Assembly: GCA_029258795.1 (NCBI GenBank)
Contig: JAPDKB010000008.1
Location: forward strand, 32,001-96,000
Reading direction: 5' to 3'
DNA: 64,000 nt
Source of the DNA: an archaeon
Lineage (GTDB): Archaea > EX4484-52 > WAPT01
Shown here: positions 29,584 to 38,157 of the stretch, piece by piece
How the letters are laid out: every line of letters begins with the position of its first letter
How positions within the stretch are numbered: position 1 is the first letter of the stretch
Program-made: the position numbers and the translations under genes
The notes under the pieces: generated by a model
Told to the model about the DNA's origin: nothing
Seen by the model: the letters and a program-made list of their open reading frames with translations, nothing else
Databases searched by the model: none

Positions 29584-29754
29584 ATGGAGAACATAGCGGA
29601 GATTAAGGAGAGGATCTTGAAAGCTGGCCTCGGGGTTCAGACGGAAAAGGTGGAAAAAGATAATGAGCAGTTCTGCCCAGAGTGCGGTATGCGGCTTGTG
29701 CCAGCAGAGGGCTGTGTATTCTGTCCGTCATGCGGGTGGAGTCCGTGTAAATAG
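29584..29754 (+). CDS. Small zinc-ribbon protein resembling the C-terminus of class II ribonucleotide reductases
   Basis: CPECG..L...EGC..CPSCGWS.C. Confidence 0.65.
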   Translation: MENIAEIKERILKAGLGVQTEKVEKDNEQFCPECGMRLVPAEGCVFCPSCGWSPCK

Positions 29755-29767
29755 TTAGGGTGGTGTT

Positions 29768-30340
29768 ATGACGAGTGATCTTGAATGCATATTTTGCAAG
29801 ATAATAGAGAAGAAAATTCCTGCAGCGGTGATTTATGAGGATCCTTATGTCATCTCATTTCTTGATATAAATCCTCGATTTAAGGGGCATGCACTCGTCA
29901 TTCCAAAGGTGCACGTCTCAACCCTTGATGAGTTGGGGGATGAGGCTTTGGCACACCTTTTCGTGGTGGTGAAGCATGTTGCCAAGAATTTGAAGGAAAC
30001 GCTTGGCGCGGATGGCTACAACATCATAAGCAACAACGGAAGTGTTGCAGGACAGGTTGTTCCACACTTGCACATCCATGTTGTTCCGCGATACGCTGAT
30101 GAGAAGAAAGGAATTGGTTTTGAAGCCACATTCCCTGTTGATGAAGAGGCCAAGAACAAACTGCACGAAATTGCTGAAAAGGCCAAGATAAAGCACGAGA
30201 TAAAACCAGCATTTAGGAAAGATGATAAAGCAGATACGAGCGAAAAAGAGGAAAAGAAGGATGGAAAGGAAGAAAATAAAGAAGCATTACCATATGAAAG
30301 CGAGTATTTTGAGGACAACGGTGTGCCGAAGTTCAGGTGA
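29768..30340 (+). CDS. HIT family hydrolase
   Basis: CIFCKI, GHALVIPK, HLHIH. Confidence 0.93.
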   Translation: MTSDLECIFCKIIEKKIPAAVIYEDPYVISFLDINPRFKGHALVIPKVHVSTLDELGDEALAHLFVVVKHVAKNLKETLGADGYNIISNNGSVAGQVVPHLHIHVVPRYADEKKGIGFEATFPVDEEAKNKLHEIAEKAKIKHEIKPAFRKDDKADTSEKEEKKDGKEENKEALPYESEYFEDNGVPKFR

Positions 30341-30403
30341 GCTCTACTTTTTGCTTTTTTTATTTTAATGGGATTAATTTCCTAAAAAACAAAGAAAAAA
30401 AAA

Positions 30404-30619
30404 TCAAGAAATCTTCTTTAAGCGAATTTTGTAAATCTCTCCTTCATTGGTGATACTTGAAATACACCAGCTATAACCTTCCGGCCATATTTCTCCATTC
30501 ATCCCTATTATTTTGTTGTCCTTTACCCTCCCCCACGTTACGATCTCTCCCGCGCGTTTATCCTTGCTAACGGCACCGCATACCTCTAGCAAGCCAAGTA
30601 AGAACTCGTTATCCTCCAA
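30404..30619 (-). CDS. Hypothetical protein
   Basis: SD GGAGGTGA; downstream of the SPFH gene. Confidence 0.55.
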   Translation of the reverse strand: MEDNEFLLGLLEVCGAVSKDKRAGEIVTWGRVKDNKIIGMNGEIWPEGYSWCISSITNEGEIYKIRLKKIS

Positions 30620-30680
30620 TCTTACTCACCTCCATCCGGAATTGATCTTTTGCTAAAAGCGCATCTTCAAAAAAAGAGAA

Positions 30681-31697
30681 TTATTGTTGCGGCAGTATTA
30701 TTGGTGGTGCCACTGGCTCGGTAAGATTTACTCCGGGGTAGAAGTTAGATGGTGCAGGCACTATGATTATTGCGTTGTTCTCCGATTCCGCGAACTTCTG
30801 AAGCACCTGTAGATAGTACCACTGCACGTATTCTGGATTTCTTCTCAGCGATTCTCCAATTATCTGGTTAGCCTTTGCTATACCCTCTGCCTCAACCTGC
30901 TTTCTTTCTGCCTCTCTCTTTTCTTTCTCAAGAATGTACTGCATTCTCTGGGCTTCTTGTTGTGCCTGCAGTTTAGCCTCGATTGCATCCTTCAGTCGGG
31001 TTGGAAGTTCTATTTTTCTCAGGTACACTCCCGTGACATCAAAGTACTGTGATAGTCTCTTCTCCAGCTCATTGTGAATTGATGCTTCCACTTCACTTCT
31101 TTTTGATCCATAAATTTCCTCTGCGTCGTACTGGGAAATCACATCCCTCACCGCGCTTCTAATGGTTGCTATCTTCCATTGCTCCAGATAGTCCTGATTC
31201 TTGAACGTCTTTGCGATTTCTTCCAGCTTGTCCTTTCTTATCTTTGTCGCAACCGAGAGATCAATTCGAATCTCCAGTGCGTCCTTGCTCAGAACCACGA
31301 TGCTCGGATAGACAAGCCTAGAGGTAGCTATTTCCTCGGATTCGGCGGAAGCTGTGGCGGGTATCATTTCCTCCTTGCTTACAAAATCGACGGTTCTCAC
31401 ACCAACATAATAGATCTCCACGCTCTGTGTTAGTGGGTTCCTCCAGTGAATGCCGGGTTCTGCAGTACCTACGAATTTTCCGAACTCTTTGATCACCGCT
31501 TCTTCCGTTTGGTCTACCGTGTAGACTCCTAGCGCGCAGAAAGCTATTATGATTGCAATTGCACCAGCAATTACCCACTTCAACCACCATGGCCTTCGCT
31601 TTTTCTCTTCAGATCTTCTTTCACTCCCTCCACTCCAACCTTCAACTCTAGCTTCCTCCGGAGAAATAGGTCCATCCATCTCCAAGGGGTCTTCCAT
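30681..31697 (-). CDS. SPFH/prohibitin (band 7) membrane protein
   Basis: TM helix, EPGIHW..P, AIEAK...QQEA coiled coil. Confidence 0.9.
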   Translation of the reverse strand: MEDPLEMDGPISPEEARVEGWSGGSERRSEEKKRRPWWLKWVIAGAIAIIIAFCALGVYTVDQTEEAVIKEFGKFVGTAEPGIHWRNPLTQSVEIYYVGVRTVDFVSKEEMIPATASAESEEIATSRLVYPSIVVLSKDALEIRIDLSVATKIRKDKLEEIAKTFKNQDYLEQWKIATIRSAVRDVISQYDAEEIYGSKRSEVEASIHNELEKRLSQYFDVTGVYLRKIELPTRLKDAIEAKLQAQQEAQRMQYILEKEKREAERKQVEAEGIAKANQIIGESLRRNPEYVQWYYLQVLQKFAESENNAIIIVPAPSNFYPGVNLTEPVAPPIILPQQ

Positions 31698-31704
31698 CTT
31701 TCTA

Positions 31705-31763
31705 ACCTCCCCCGGGCCGCTATTCCCTGACTTGCGTCAGGGGCGACACCCGGTGTGGGAGGT
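31705..31763 (-). promoter_or_regulatory. GCAA-tetraloop leader hairpin that pairs with the SD of the SPFH gene
   Basis: ACCTCCC/GGGAGGT outer stem; CCCTGAC-GCAA-GTCAGGG apical stem. Confidence 0.5.
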
Positions 31764-32040
31764 AGAGAAGTATCACTACAATACTCATATCTTTCGTCTC
31801 GAGGTAAGAAGTCAGATTTTGTTTTTAACAGAAACCGTTTTTATCTAAACCTTTATATTTTTTACTATTTGGTGGTTCTTTCAGGTTAACATGATCTTCA
31901 ATCTCTCTCTGGCTAACAAATAAATTCTTGACTGAGGATATACTTACTGAACATCAATAAAAGTTGTGGAACGTGTGGGAGCTGTTTCTTGTCCAAGTAG
32001 CTTTCAGAATATGATTGATGTGTCCCGCTCTGTCCCGTGT

Positions 32041-32090
32041 GCTCCCGTGCGAGCCCTGCTTGTGCCCGGGTTCAAATCCCGGCGGGAGAT
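32041..32090 (+). ncRNA. Mini tRNA-like element (acceptor stem, one small arm, T-arm)
   Basis: CTCCCG-18nt-CCGGG TTCAAAT CCCGG-CGGGAG. Confidence 0.55.
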
Positions 32091-32517
32091 GATATGTGGC
32101 GGGAGATGAATTTTGGAATGCCGCCGGGGGGCGCCAGCCCGGTGGTTTGTGACCGCCTACTTTTCGGCGGTACTGGCGCACAAAAGTTTGTAATGGTTAG
32201 AGGGGGGTGGATATGGAAGCTCCAGGCTTCGAGCTAATATTCGCAATAATTGGACTTTTAGCAACTCTGTGGTTATGAAAAAAGCGATTACAAGAGAGGA
32301 GGTGAAAATGTGCTGAGGCGAAGGGATGGAGGCCCCATCGACAGAACGGGCCAATGAATTATAGTGATTCTAATGACTCTCACTTTTGTGTACATACTAC
32401 TGGGTGCTGTGAATATTCTTAGAGAGCTCATGAGCTAAACAATTTCCCAATTTTTTATTTTTCATAATTTGGGAAATATTTCCCATAAAATGAAAAAATA
32501 AAAAATGGGAAGGAAGT

Positions 32518-33255
32518 TCAGGTTGTGAAGTGTCCCTCCTCCGCAAACCTGACAAGCTGCATCTTCTTTTCTACCTCTTCCATCAGCTTTCCTTTCATAT
32601 TTTCGACATCGCGTTTGATGGAGCTCTCTATTCCCTCAAGCCGCTTGAACAGCATAACGTCCGTGTTCGCTACGGACATTTTGAGATGGTGGGTTAATCT
32701 TTCCACCGCCATCATTCTCAAAGTATCTCTGAATACGTCTGGAACCTCATTTCCATTTTCTATGAGCCCCTCAAATTCTTGAGTCAGGTCTACCCGGACT
32801 TTATCCAGAATATCCCGCAACATGGCTTCGCCCAAAAGGGACTTTATTTGCTTCACCACCTCTTCGCTCAGCAGGTATCTCAGTGTGTGGTAAGCATCCC
32901 CAACCATGACAGGTATCTCTTTCTCCGATACTGCTCTGCACCTCATCTCCCTCGCTTTTTCCAGCAGAATCTCTGCTTCCGTGTAATCCATGGGAACTGG
33001 TGCTGCCAGAATTTTAGCATCGGACACTACGACACCCTTTTCTTTTATGTACGTTGCAGCAATCTCTATTATTTTGTTTATTTCCCAGACATCCTTGTCC
33101 AATTTGTTTTTCCGGCAGAACTCCGCCAATTCCAAGATATCCACAGCATATCTTTCCTCCAGCAGCGCTCTCAAAGAAAGCACTTCCTCCTCGCTACTCC
33201 TTACATCTTCCACTACCGGTTTCTCAAACTCTACTTCCTCTCCACTCCCTACCAA
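32518..33255 (-). CDS. Hypothetical helical protein
   Basis: SD AGGAGGTGA favours the in-frame TTG at 33255 over the ORF-track start at 33378. Confidence 0.7.
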   Translation of the reverse strand: MVGSGEEVEFEKPVVEDVRSSEEEVLSLRALLEERYAVDILELAEFCRKNKLDKDVWEINKIIEIAATYIKEKGVVVSDAKILAAPVPMDYTEAEILLEKAREMRCRAVSEKEIPVMVGDAYHTLRYLLSEEVVKQIKSLLGEAMLRDILDKVRVDLTQEFEGLIENGNEVPDVFRDTLRMMAVERLTHHLKMSVANTDVMLFKRLEGIESSIKRDVENMKGKLMEEVEKKMQLVRFAEEGHFTT

Positions 33256-33274
33256 ACTCTCACCTCCTGAAGCC

Positions 33275-33322
33275 AGGGGCGCTCCGGACTCGAACCGGAG
33301 AAAAAACATCCCGTTGCGCCCC
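33275..33322 (-). ncRNA. Mini tRNA-like element (acceptor stem plus T-arm)
   Basis: On minus strand GGGGCGC-16nt-TCCGG TTCGAGT CCGGA-GCGCCCC; perfect 7+5 bp with canonical T-loop. Confidence 0.72.
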
Positions 33323-33519
33323 ATGAAGATAAGTTGAGACGAGGTAGAGCATAGGTAGAAGTAGACCATCCCATACAAACCGTCTCAAGAGCCCTTGTAG
33401 TTATTTGACAGCCCCCTATTTCGGGTTTAAAATTTTTAATCATTGCTGAAAGAATTGAGAGTGTAAAACGCCAAAGTAAAAAATTTAAGGTGCATAAATG
33501 ATAAGCTGTGTGATGCCAC

Positions 33520-36500
33520 ATGCAGTATGACTTCCACAAAATCGAGAAGGAGGTAAAGGAGTACTGGGAAAAGAACAAAATTCCGGAAAGGATTGCTGAC
33601 TTCAATGCCAACCTAAAGACACGTAAAAAGAAATTCTATCTGCTTGATGGACCGCCTTATGCCAACGCCCCTCCTCACGCTGGACATGCCATGACCATAG
33701 TTTTCAAGGATCTCTGGGGTAAGTTCAAGTTCATGAACGGCTATGCTGTCTGGTTCCAGCCGGGTTTTGACTGTCACGGCCTGCCGATTGAGAATATGGT
33801 TGAGAAGAAGTTTGGGATAGGATCAAAGAAGGATATAGAGAACAAGATTGGTGTTGCCAAGTTCATTCAGATGTGTAAAGAATATGCTACTCAAAACCTG
33901 AAAGAATGGATGGAATACTACAAAGATCTTGGAGCATGGAAGGGCTGGCTCACGCCTTACTTAACTTACGAGCCATACTACATAGAGAGCATATGGTGGA
34001 CCGTCAAAAAGCTTTTCGATGAAGGGTTGATGGTTAAGGGCAAGAAGCCCATACACTGGTGCCCGAGATGCCAGACATCCATTTCAGGGTATGAGGCTAC
34101 CGACTCCTACAAAAACGTTACCGACCCCTCCATTTATGTTAAGTTCAAGGTGAAGGATAGGGATAACGAGTACCTGCTCGCATGGACCACAACACCTTGG
34201 ACGCTTCCGGCTAACGTTGCGCTTGTTGTTCATCCTGATGAGACCTACGTTAAGATTGAGGTTGATGGCGAGTATTTAATTCTCGCTGAAAAACGCCTTA
34301 AGGATGTGATGGAAAGAGCTGGCATCAAGGACTACAAGGTTATTGAGAAGTTTGAGGGTAAGAAGCTGGATGGTGTGGAGTACGAGCCATTAATGCCAGA
34401 GCTTCAGACGCAGCAGGAGGCTGCCAAGAGTGGAAAAGCGCACAGAATTGTTATGTCCGTCCCTATTCTGAAGAAGGTTGTTGCCTCCAAGATAAAAGCA
34501 AAGAAAGAGGTTGAGGAGGAAGAGGAAGGAGAAGCTTTTGGTCACATGGTTACCATGGATGCCGGTACAGGCATAGTGCACTGTGCTCCCGGCCATGGAG
34601 CAGAAGACAACAAGCTTGGTGCTTATTATGGCTTGCCAGTAATCTCGCCTGTTGATGATGAGGGCAAGTTCACAAGCGAAGCTGGTTGGCTGGAAGGAAA
34701 GTTTGTGAAGGATGCGGATAAGGAAATAATAGAGCATCTTAAGCAAAAAGGTCTGCTATTCCACGCTGAAAGGATAGTTCACAGCTATCCTCTCTGCTGG
34801 AGGTGCAAAACCCCCCTCATTTACCGCACCACAGACCAATGGTTCTTCCTCATAGACCCAATAAAGGAGATGATGCTCAAATTCAATGAAGAGACAAGAT
34901 GGCTTCCTGACTTTGCAAAGGAGCGCATGAGGAACTGGGTCAAGGACGAGGCGGACTGGTGCATATCGACGCAGAGATACTGGGGCGCGCCAATCCCAAT
35001 CTGGGAGTGTAAGAACTGCGGGCACATGATCGCTGTGGGAAGCAAGAAGGAGCTTGAGGAGAAAATGGTGAACGATGTCAAGCTTGATGACCTCCACAAG
35101 CATGTTGTGGATAAGGTTGTGCTGAAATGTGAGAAGTGTGGAGGGGAGATGAAGAGAATTCCGGACATAATAAACATCTGGGTGGAGAGCGGCGTTGCTC
35201 CATGGGCTTCGCTCGGCTATCCTTATTATGATGGCGGTCTACTCAAAAAGCTGTGGCGCGTTGATCTGGTGGATGAGTCCCAGGATCAAATAAGGGGTTG
35301 GTTCCACGCCATGCTGTTCATGTCCGCTGCCACGTTCAAGGAGAGACCATATAACACCGTTTGCATGAACGGCTGGGTGCTGGATGAAAAAGGAGAGAAG
35401 ATGAGCAAGAGCTTGGGGAACGTGATTTCAGCGGAAGAGGCATTCGAGCAGCTCGGCGCTGATGTGCTCCGCTTGTACGTTTGCTACAGCACAGCTCCGT
35501 GGGAGACACATAAGTTCAGCATGAAGGAAGCAAAGGAACTCTTCCGCTTCATGAACATAATGGTCAATCTTGTCAACTTTGTGGACATGTATGGTGTAGA
35601 TATCAATGTTGATGGCGGCATGCCCAATCTCACCCGTGTTGAGGACAGATGGCTTCTTTCGAGGCTTAACTCCATAATAAGGAAGGTTGAAAGCCACATT
35701 GAAAACTTCCACTTCCATGCAGCAGCAAGAGAGCTTGTGGAGTTCGTGATGGAGGACTTCTCCCGCCTCTATCTGAAGCTGGTAAAGGAGAGGTATGATA
35801 AAAATGAGGAAAGAGAAGCGATGGATCATGTAATATCCAAGACAATCTTTGATGTGGTGAGAATGCTCGCACCCTTCTGCCCGTACATAAGCGAGTACAT
35901 CTATCTGAAGCTGTTCAAGGATGCTGTTAAGGAGGATTCAGTACACATGTTGGAGTGGCCCGTGGCTAATGAGAAGCTGATTGATGAGAAGTTGGAAAGG
36001 GAGATGGAGCTCGTTATGAAGATTGTGGAGGAACTCAATTCAATCAGGCAGAGCAAGGGCATAAGGTTGAGGTGGCCTCTTGAAGAAGTTGTGCTCTCGT
36101 CCAACGAGATCACTGCAAGGATTGGGGATGACATCAAGGAAGTCATAAAGACGCTTGCAAACGTGAAAAAGGTTGTTGTTAAGGATGTTGAGCTGAGCTA
36201 TGCGCTGAAGCCCAGATATGATGTGATAGGGCCGAAGTTTGGAGAGAAAACAAGAGAGGTTGTTGCCCTCCTGCAGAAACAAAGGCCTGAGGAGCTTTTG
36301 AACCGGCTTGAGGAAGAGGGGGCTGTAATGGTTGGTGAGTTTGAAATAACAAAAGAGATGGTGGATGTTGATGTCAAGCTTGAAAACGTGCCTGCTGGCT
36401 ATGAAGGTGGAGTTGTTGACGGCACAGCTGTGCTTCTCAAGGTTGAGATCGCGCCTGAACTGAAGGAAGAAGGGATAGCCAGAGAGTTCATAAGAAGAGT

Positions 36501-36705
36501 GCAGCTGGCAAGGAAGGAACTTGGCTTAAGGTTTGAGGATGAGGCAAAGCTGCTTGTCGATGGCATGTCTCCTTTCATCAACAAGTGGAAGGATTTGATT
36601 GAGGAAGAGACGAACACGAAAATTGTTGTTAGCGAGCTGAAAGAAGAGAGTGCTGAGAAGTTTGAGTTTGAAGAGGTCAAGCTTATTTTCAGGGTGGAAA
36701 AATAG
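33520..36705 (+). CDS. ileS: Isoleucyl-tRNA synthetase
   Basis: DGPPYAN..PHAGH, GFDCHGLP, WTTTPWTLP, GTGIVH.APGHG, DWCIS.QRYWG, DQIRGWF, KMSKS. Confidence 0.97.
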   Translation: MQYDFHKIEKEVKEYWEKNKIPERIADFNANLKTRKKKFYLLDGPPYANAPPHAGHAMTIVFKDLWGKFKFMNGYAVWFQPGFDCHGLPIENMVEKKFGIGSKKDIENKIGVAKFIQMCKEYATQNLKEWMEYYKDLGAWKGWLTPYLTYEPYYIESIWWTVKKLFDEGLMVKGKKPIHWCPRCQTSISGYEATDSYKNVTDPSIYVKFKVKDRDNEYLLAWTTTPWTLPANVALVVHPDETYVKIEVDGEYLILAEKRLKDVMERAGIKDYKVIEKFEGKKLDGVEYEPLMPELQTQQEAAKSGKAHRIVMSVPILKKVVASKIKAKKEVEEEEEGEAFGHMVTMDAGTGIVHCAPGHGAEDNKLGAYYGLPVISPVDDEGKFTSEAGWLEGKFVKDADKEIIEHLKQKGLLFHAERIVHSYPLCWRCKTPLIYRTTDQWFFLIDPIKEMMLKFNEETRWLPDFAKERMRNWVKDEADWCISTQRYWGAPIPIWECKNCGHMIAVGSKKELEEKMVNDVKLDDLHKHVVDKVVLKCEKCGGEMKRIPDIINIWVESGVAPWASLGYPYYDGGLLKKLWRVDLVDESQDQIRGWFHAMLFMSAATFKERPYNTVCMNGWVLDEKGEKMSKSLGNVISAEEAFEQLGADVLRLYVCYSTAPWETHKFSMKEAKELFRFMNIMVNLVNFVDMYGVDINVDGGMPNLTRVEDRWLLSRLNSIIRKVESHIENFHFHAAARELVEFVMEDFSRLYLKLVKERYDKNEEREAMDHVISKTIFDVVRMLAPFCPYISEYIYLKLFKDAVKEDSVHMLEWPVANEKLIDEKLEREMELVMKIVEELNSIRQSKGIRLRWPLEEVVLSSNEITARIGDDIKEVIKTLANVKKVVVKDVELSYALKPRYDVIGPKFGEKTREVVALLQKQRPEELLNRLEEEGAVMVGEFEITKEMVDVDVKLENVPAGYEGGVVDGTAVLLKVEIAPELKEEGIAREFIRRVQLARKELGLRFEDEAKLLVDGMSPFINKWKDLIEEETNTKIVVSELKEESAEKFEFEEVKLIFRVEK

Positions 36706-36712
36706 GGGTAAA

Positions 36713-36928
36713 TTAGCACACAGCAACATTTATGCCCAGCACATCCAAAAAGCTAACTATGATACTTGCGATATCACAAGCTATTCCCTGAATCTTGTCC
36801 AAAAACCCTCCTTCTTTTGTCAGGAAAATGAAAATAATCATACCTACAAACAGTGCCAGCATTATCAATCCGAACTCAGTTAATCCAAGCTCAATCCCCT
36901 TTCGTCTCATGGTGAGTTGATGGTTCAT
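36713..36928 (-). CDS. Small pilin-like protein (class III signal peptide)
   Basis: RRKG|IELGL followed by hydrophobic helix. Confidence 0.6.
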   Translation of the reverse strand: MNHQLTMRRKGIELGLTEFGLIMLALFVGMIIFIFLTKEGGFLDKIQGIACDIASIIVSFLDVLGINVAVC

Positions 36929-36941
36929 GCTAATTCTACCT

Positions 36942-37049
36942 CTAAGGTCTTCCTAAATAATTGAAAGCTGTAGCAAAGAGCACATATAACAGCAATAGCC
37001 CGAGTAAAAGCATTAACAGAAGGCTGACCGAAAGGCCTGCTTTTTTCAT
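36942..37049 (-). CDS. Very small pilin-like/hydrophobic peptide (35 aa)
   Basis: MKKAG|LSVSLLLMLLLGLLLL; manual translation. Confidence 0.4.
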   Translation of the reverse strand: MKKAGLSVSLLLMLLLGLLLLYVLFATAFNYLGRP

Positions 37050-37093
37050 CCTTACCACAACATATTTAAGGGAGGACAACAGATTTATAAGTT

Positions 37094-37288
37094 ATGTACT
37101 GCTCTTTAAGGAAAAGAAAAGGAGCTTCATATATAGAAATCATATTTTTGGTGTTATTGCTTGCATTCATCACATTTTTGTTTGTGGCTTTGTTCCGGCA
37201 CTGGGACATTAGCCTGGATGAAAAGGTTAAAAATGCTTTTGACACTGTTATGGCGAAAGCTCAGGAAAAGTTCGGGGTGGTGTTTTAA
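37094..37288 (+). CDS. Small pilin-like protein
   Basis: KRKG|ASYIE (E at +5) followed by hydrophobic helix. Confidence 0.7.
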   Translation: MYCSLRKRKGASYIEIIFLVLLLAFITFLFVALFRHWDISLDEKVKNAFDTVMAKAQEKFGVVF

Positions 37289-37480
37289 ATGGGAAGGAAG
37301 GGTATGGATAAAGTGGTGTGGATAGTTCTGAGTGTGTTATTAGCATTTGTTGTTGTTTATTTAGCTATCAAAATAACGGGTGGTAGCTTTTTTGGGTTTG
37401 AAAGCCTAGTACATAGTGGGCTCGAAGAATCAAACCAAACAATTAATGAAAGCATAGAAAATATAACAAAAGGTTGGTGA
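37289..37480 (+). CDS. Small pilin-like protein
   Basis: RKG|MDKVVW followed by hydrophobic helix. Confidence 0.7.
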   Translation: MGRKGMDKVVWIVLSVLLAFVVVYLAIKITGGSFFGFESLVHSGLEESNQTINESIENITKGW

Positions 37481-37486
37481 TGTGTT

Positions 37487-37993
37487 ATGAGACCGCTGAA
37501 AAAAGGTTTCTCATTTTCTATATCCACCATAGCAGTGATTTTTCTCGTAGTGATAGTGATAGCCATCATTATTAAGTTCTATGGGGGAAGTATAGTTCCC
37601 CATCTCAATACTACTAAACTCAATATAGGTAGACTTGGTAATGTTACTACCACTATCGTTAATGAATCAACTTCCTCTTATCTCAACCCCTCAGGTGGCT
37701 CATCCAGTAGCTCATCTTATACTTTGACTCTATCGAATATGGGTGCTGGAAGCGGTAATAATTGTACCATAAACCTCAATGTCACTGATTCAAACAACAA
37801 GCCAGTTCCGAGTATAACCGTTACCGCACGGTATGACACCACATCTTCGAGCTGTACAAGCCAGAATGATGGCTCCTGTAAGATAGAAATTCCAAAACCT
37901 AGCCAAGAAGTAAACGTCTCTATCACTTGTTCTGGTTGCAATTCATTATGCATTAAAACAAACCCCTCATGTGGTAATCTGGGTGGGTGTTAA
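37487..37993 (+). CDS. Pilin-like protein with Ser linker and Ig-like Cys-containing domain
   Basis: KKG|FSFSI followed by hydrophobic helix; VTDSNNKPV Ig-like motif; many N-x-S/T sequons. Confidence 0.75.
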   Translation: MRPLKKGFSFSISTIAVIFLVVIVIAIIIKFYGGSIVPHLNTTKLNIGRLGNVTTTIVNESTSSYLNPSGGSSSSSSYTLTLSNMGAGSGNNCTINLNVTDSNNKPVPSITVTARYDTTSSSCTSQNDGSCKIEIPKPSQEVNVSITCSGCNSLCIKTNPSCGNLGGC

Positions 37994-38157
37994 TGAAAAT
38001 TACCAAAAAAAGTAAGGGTTATTCTTGGCTGGAGATAATATTTTTTGTGCTGTTGCTTTCTGCATTGATATTTATTCTCATGAAATTCGGTAAAGGAGCG
38101 ATAGATAAAATATTGGGGCTTGCTGACCTCGGTTGGGAGAAAGGAGGGTTGAAATGA
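37993..38157 (+). CDS. Small pilin-like protein (54 aa)
   Basis: KSKG|YSWLE (E at +5) followed by hydrophobic helix; TAATG and ATGA overlaps with neighbours; manual translation. Confidence 0.7.
   Translation: MKITKKSKGYSWLEIIFFVLLLSALIFILMKFGKGAIDKILGLADLGWEKGGLK

Noticed and set aside
32120-32179. HDV-like/theta ribozyme downstream of a tRNA-like element
   Set aside because: There is no P3/L3 between the P2 5' strand and P1 3' strand, so the nested double pseudoknot cannot form. Kept only as an unassigned pseudoknot.
32296-32316. Strong SD followed by ATG TGC TGA, a possible recoded UGA
   Set aside because: Read-through gives only a short featureless peptide, and other genes here use TGA as a normal stop.
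32323-32383. Resemblance to a fluoride (crcB) riboswitch: GGGATGGAGGCCCC...TAATGACTCTCAC
   Set aside because: The pseudoknot pairing is imperfect, the linker is atypical and no gene follows on this strand. It would need an Rfam score to support.
26553-33322. Mini-tRNAs as 3' halves of split tRNAs or as att-site remnants
   Set aside because: Each has its own complementary 5' acceptor strand in cis at similar spacing. I found no matching 5' halves, trans-splicing leaders or integrase in the window; partners outside the window cannot be excluded.
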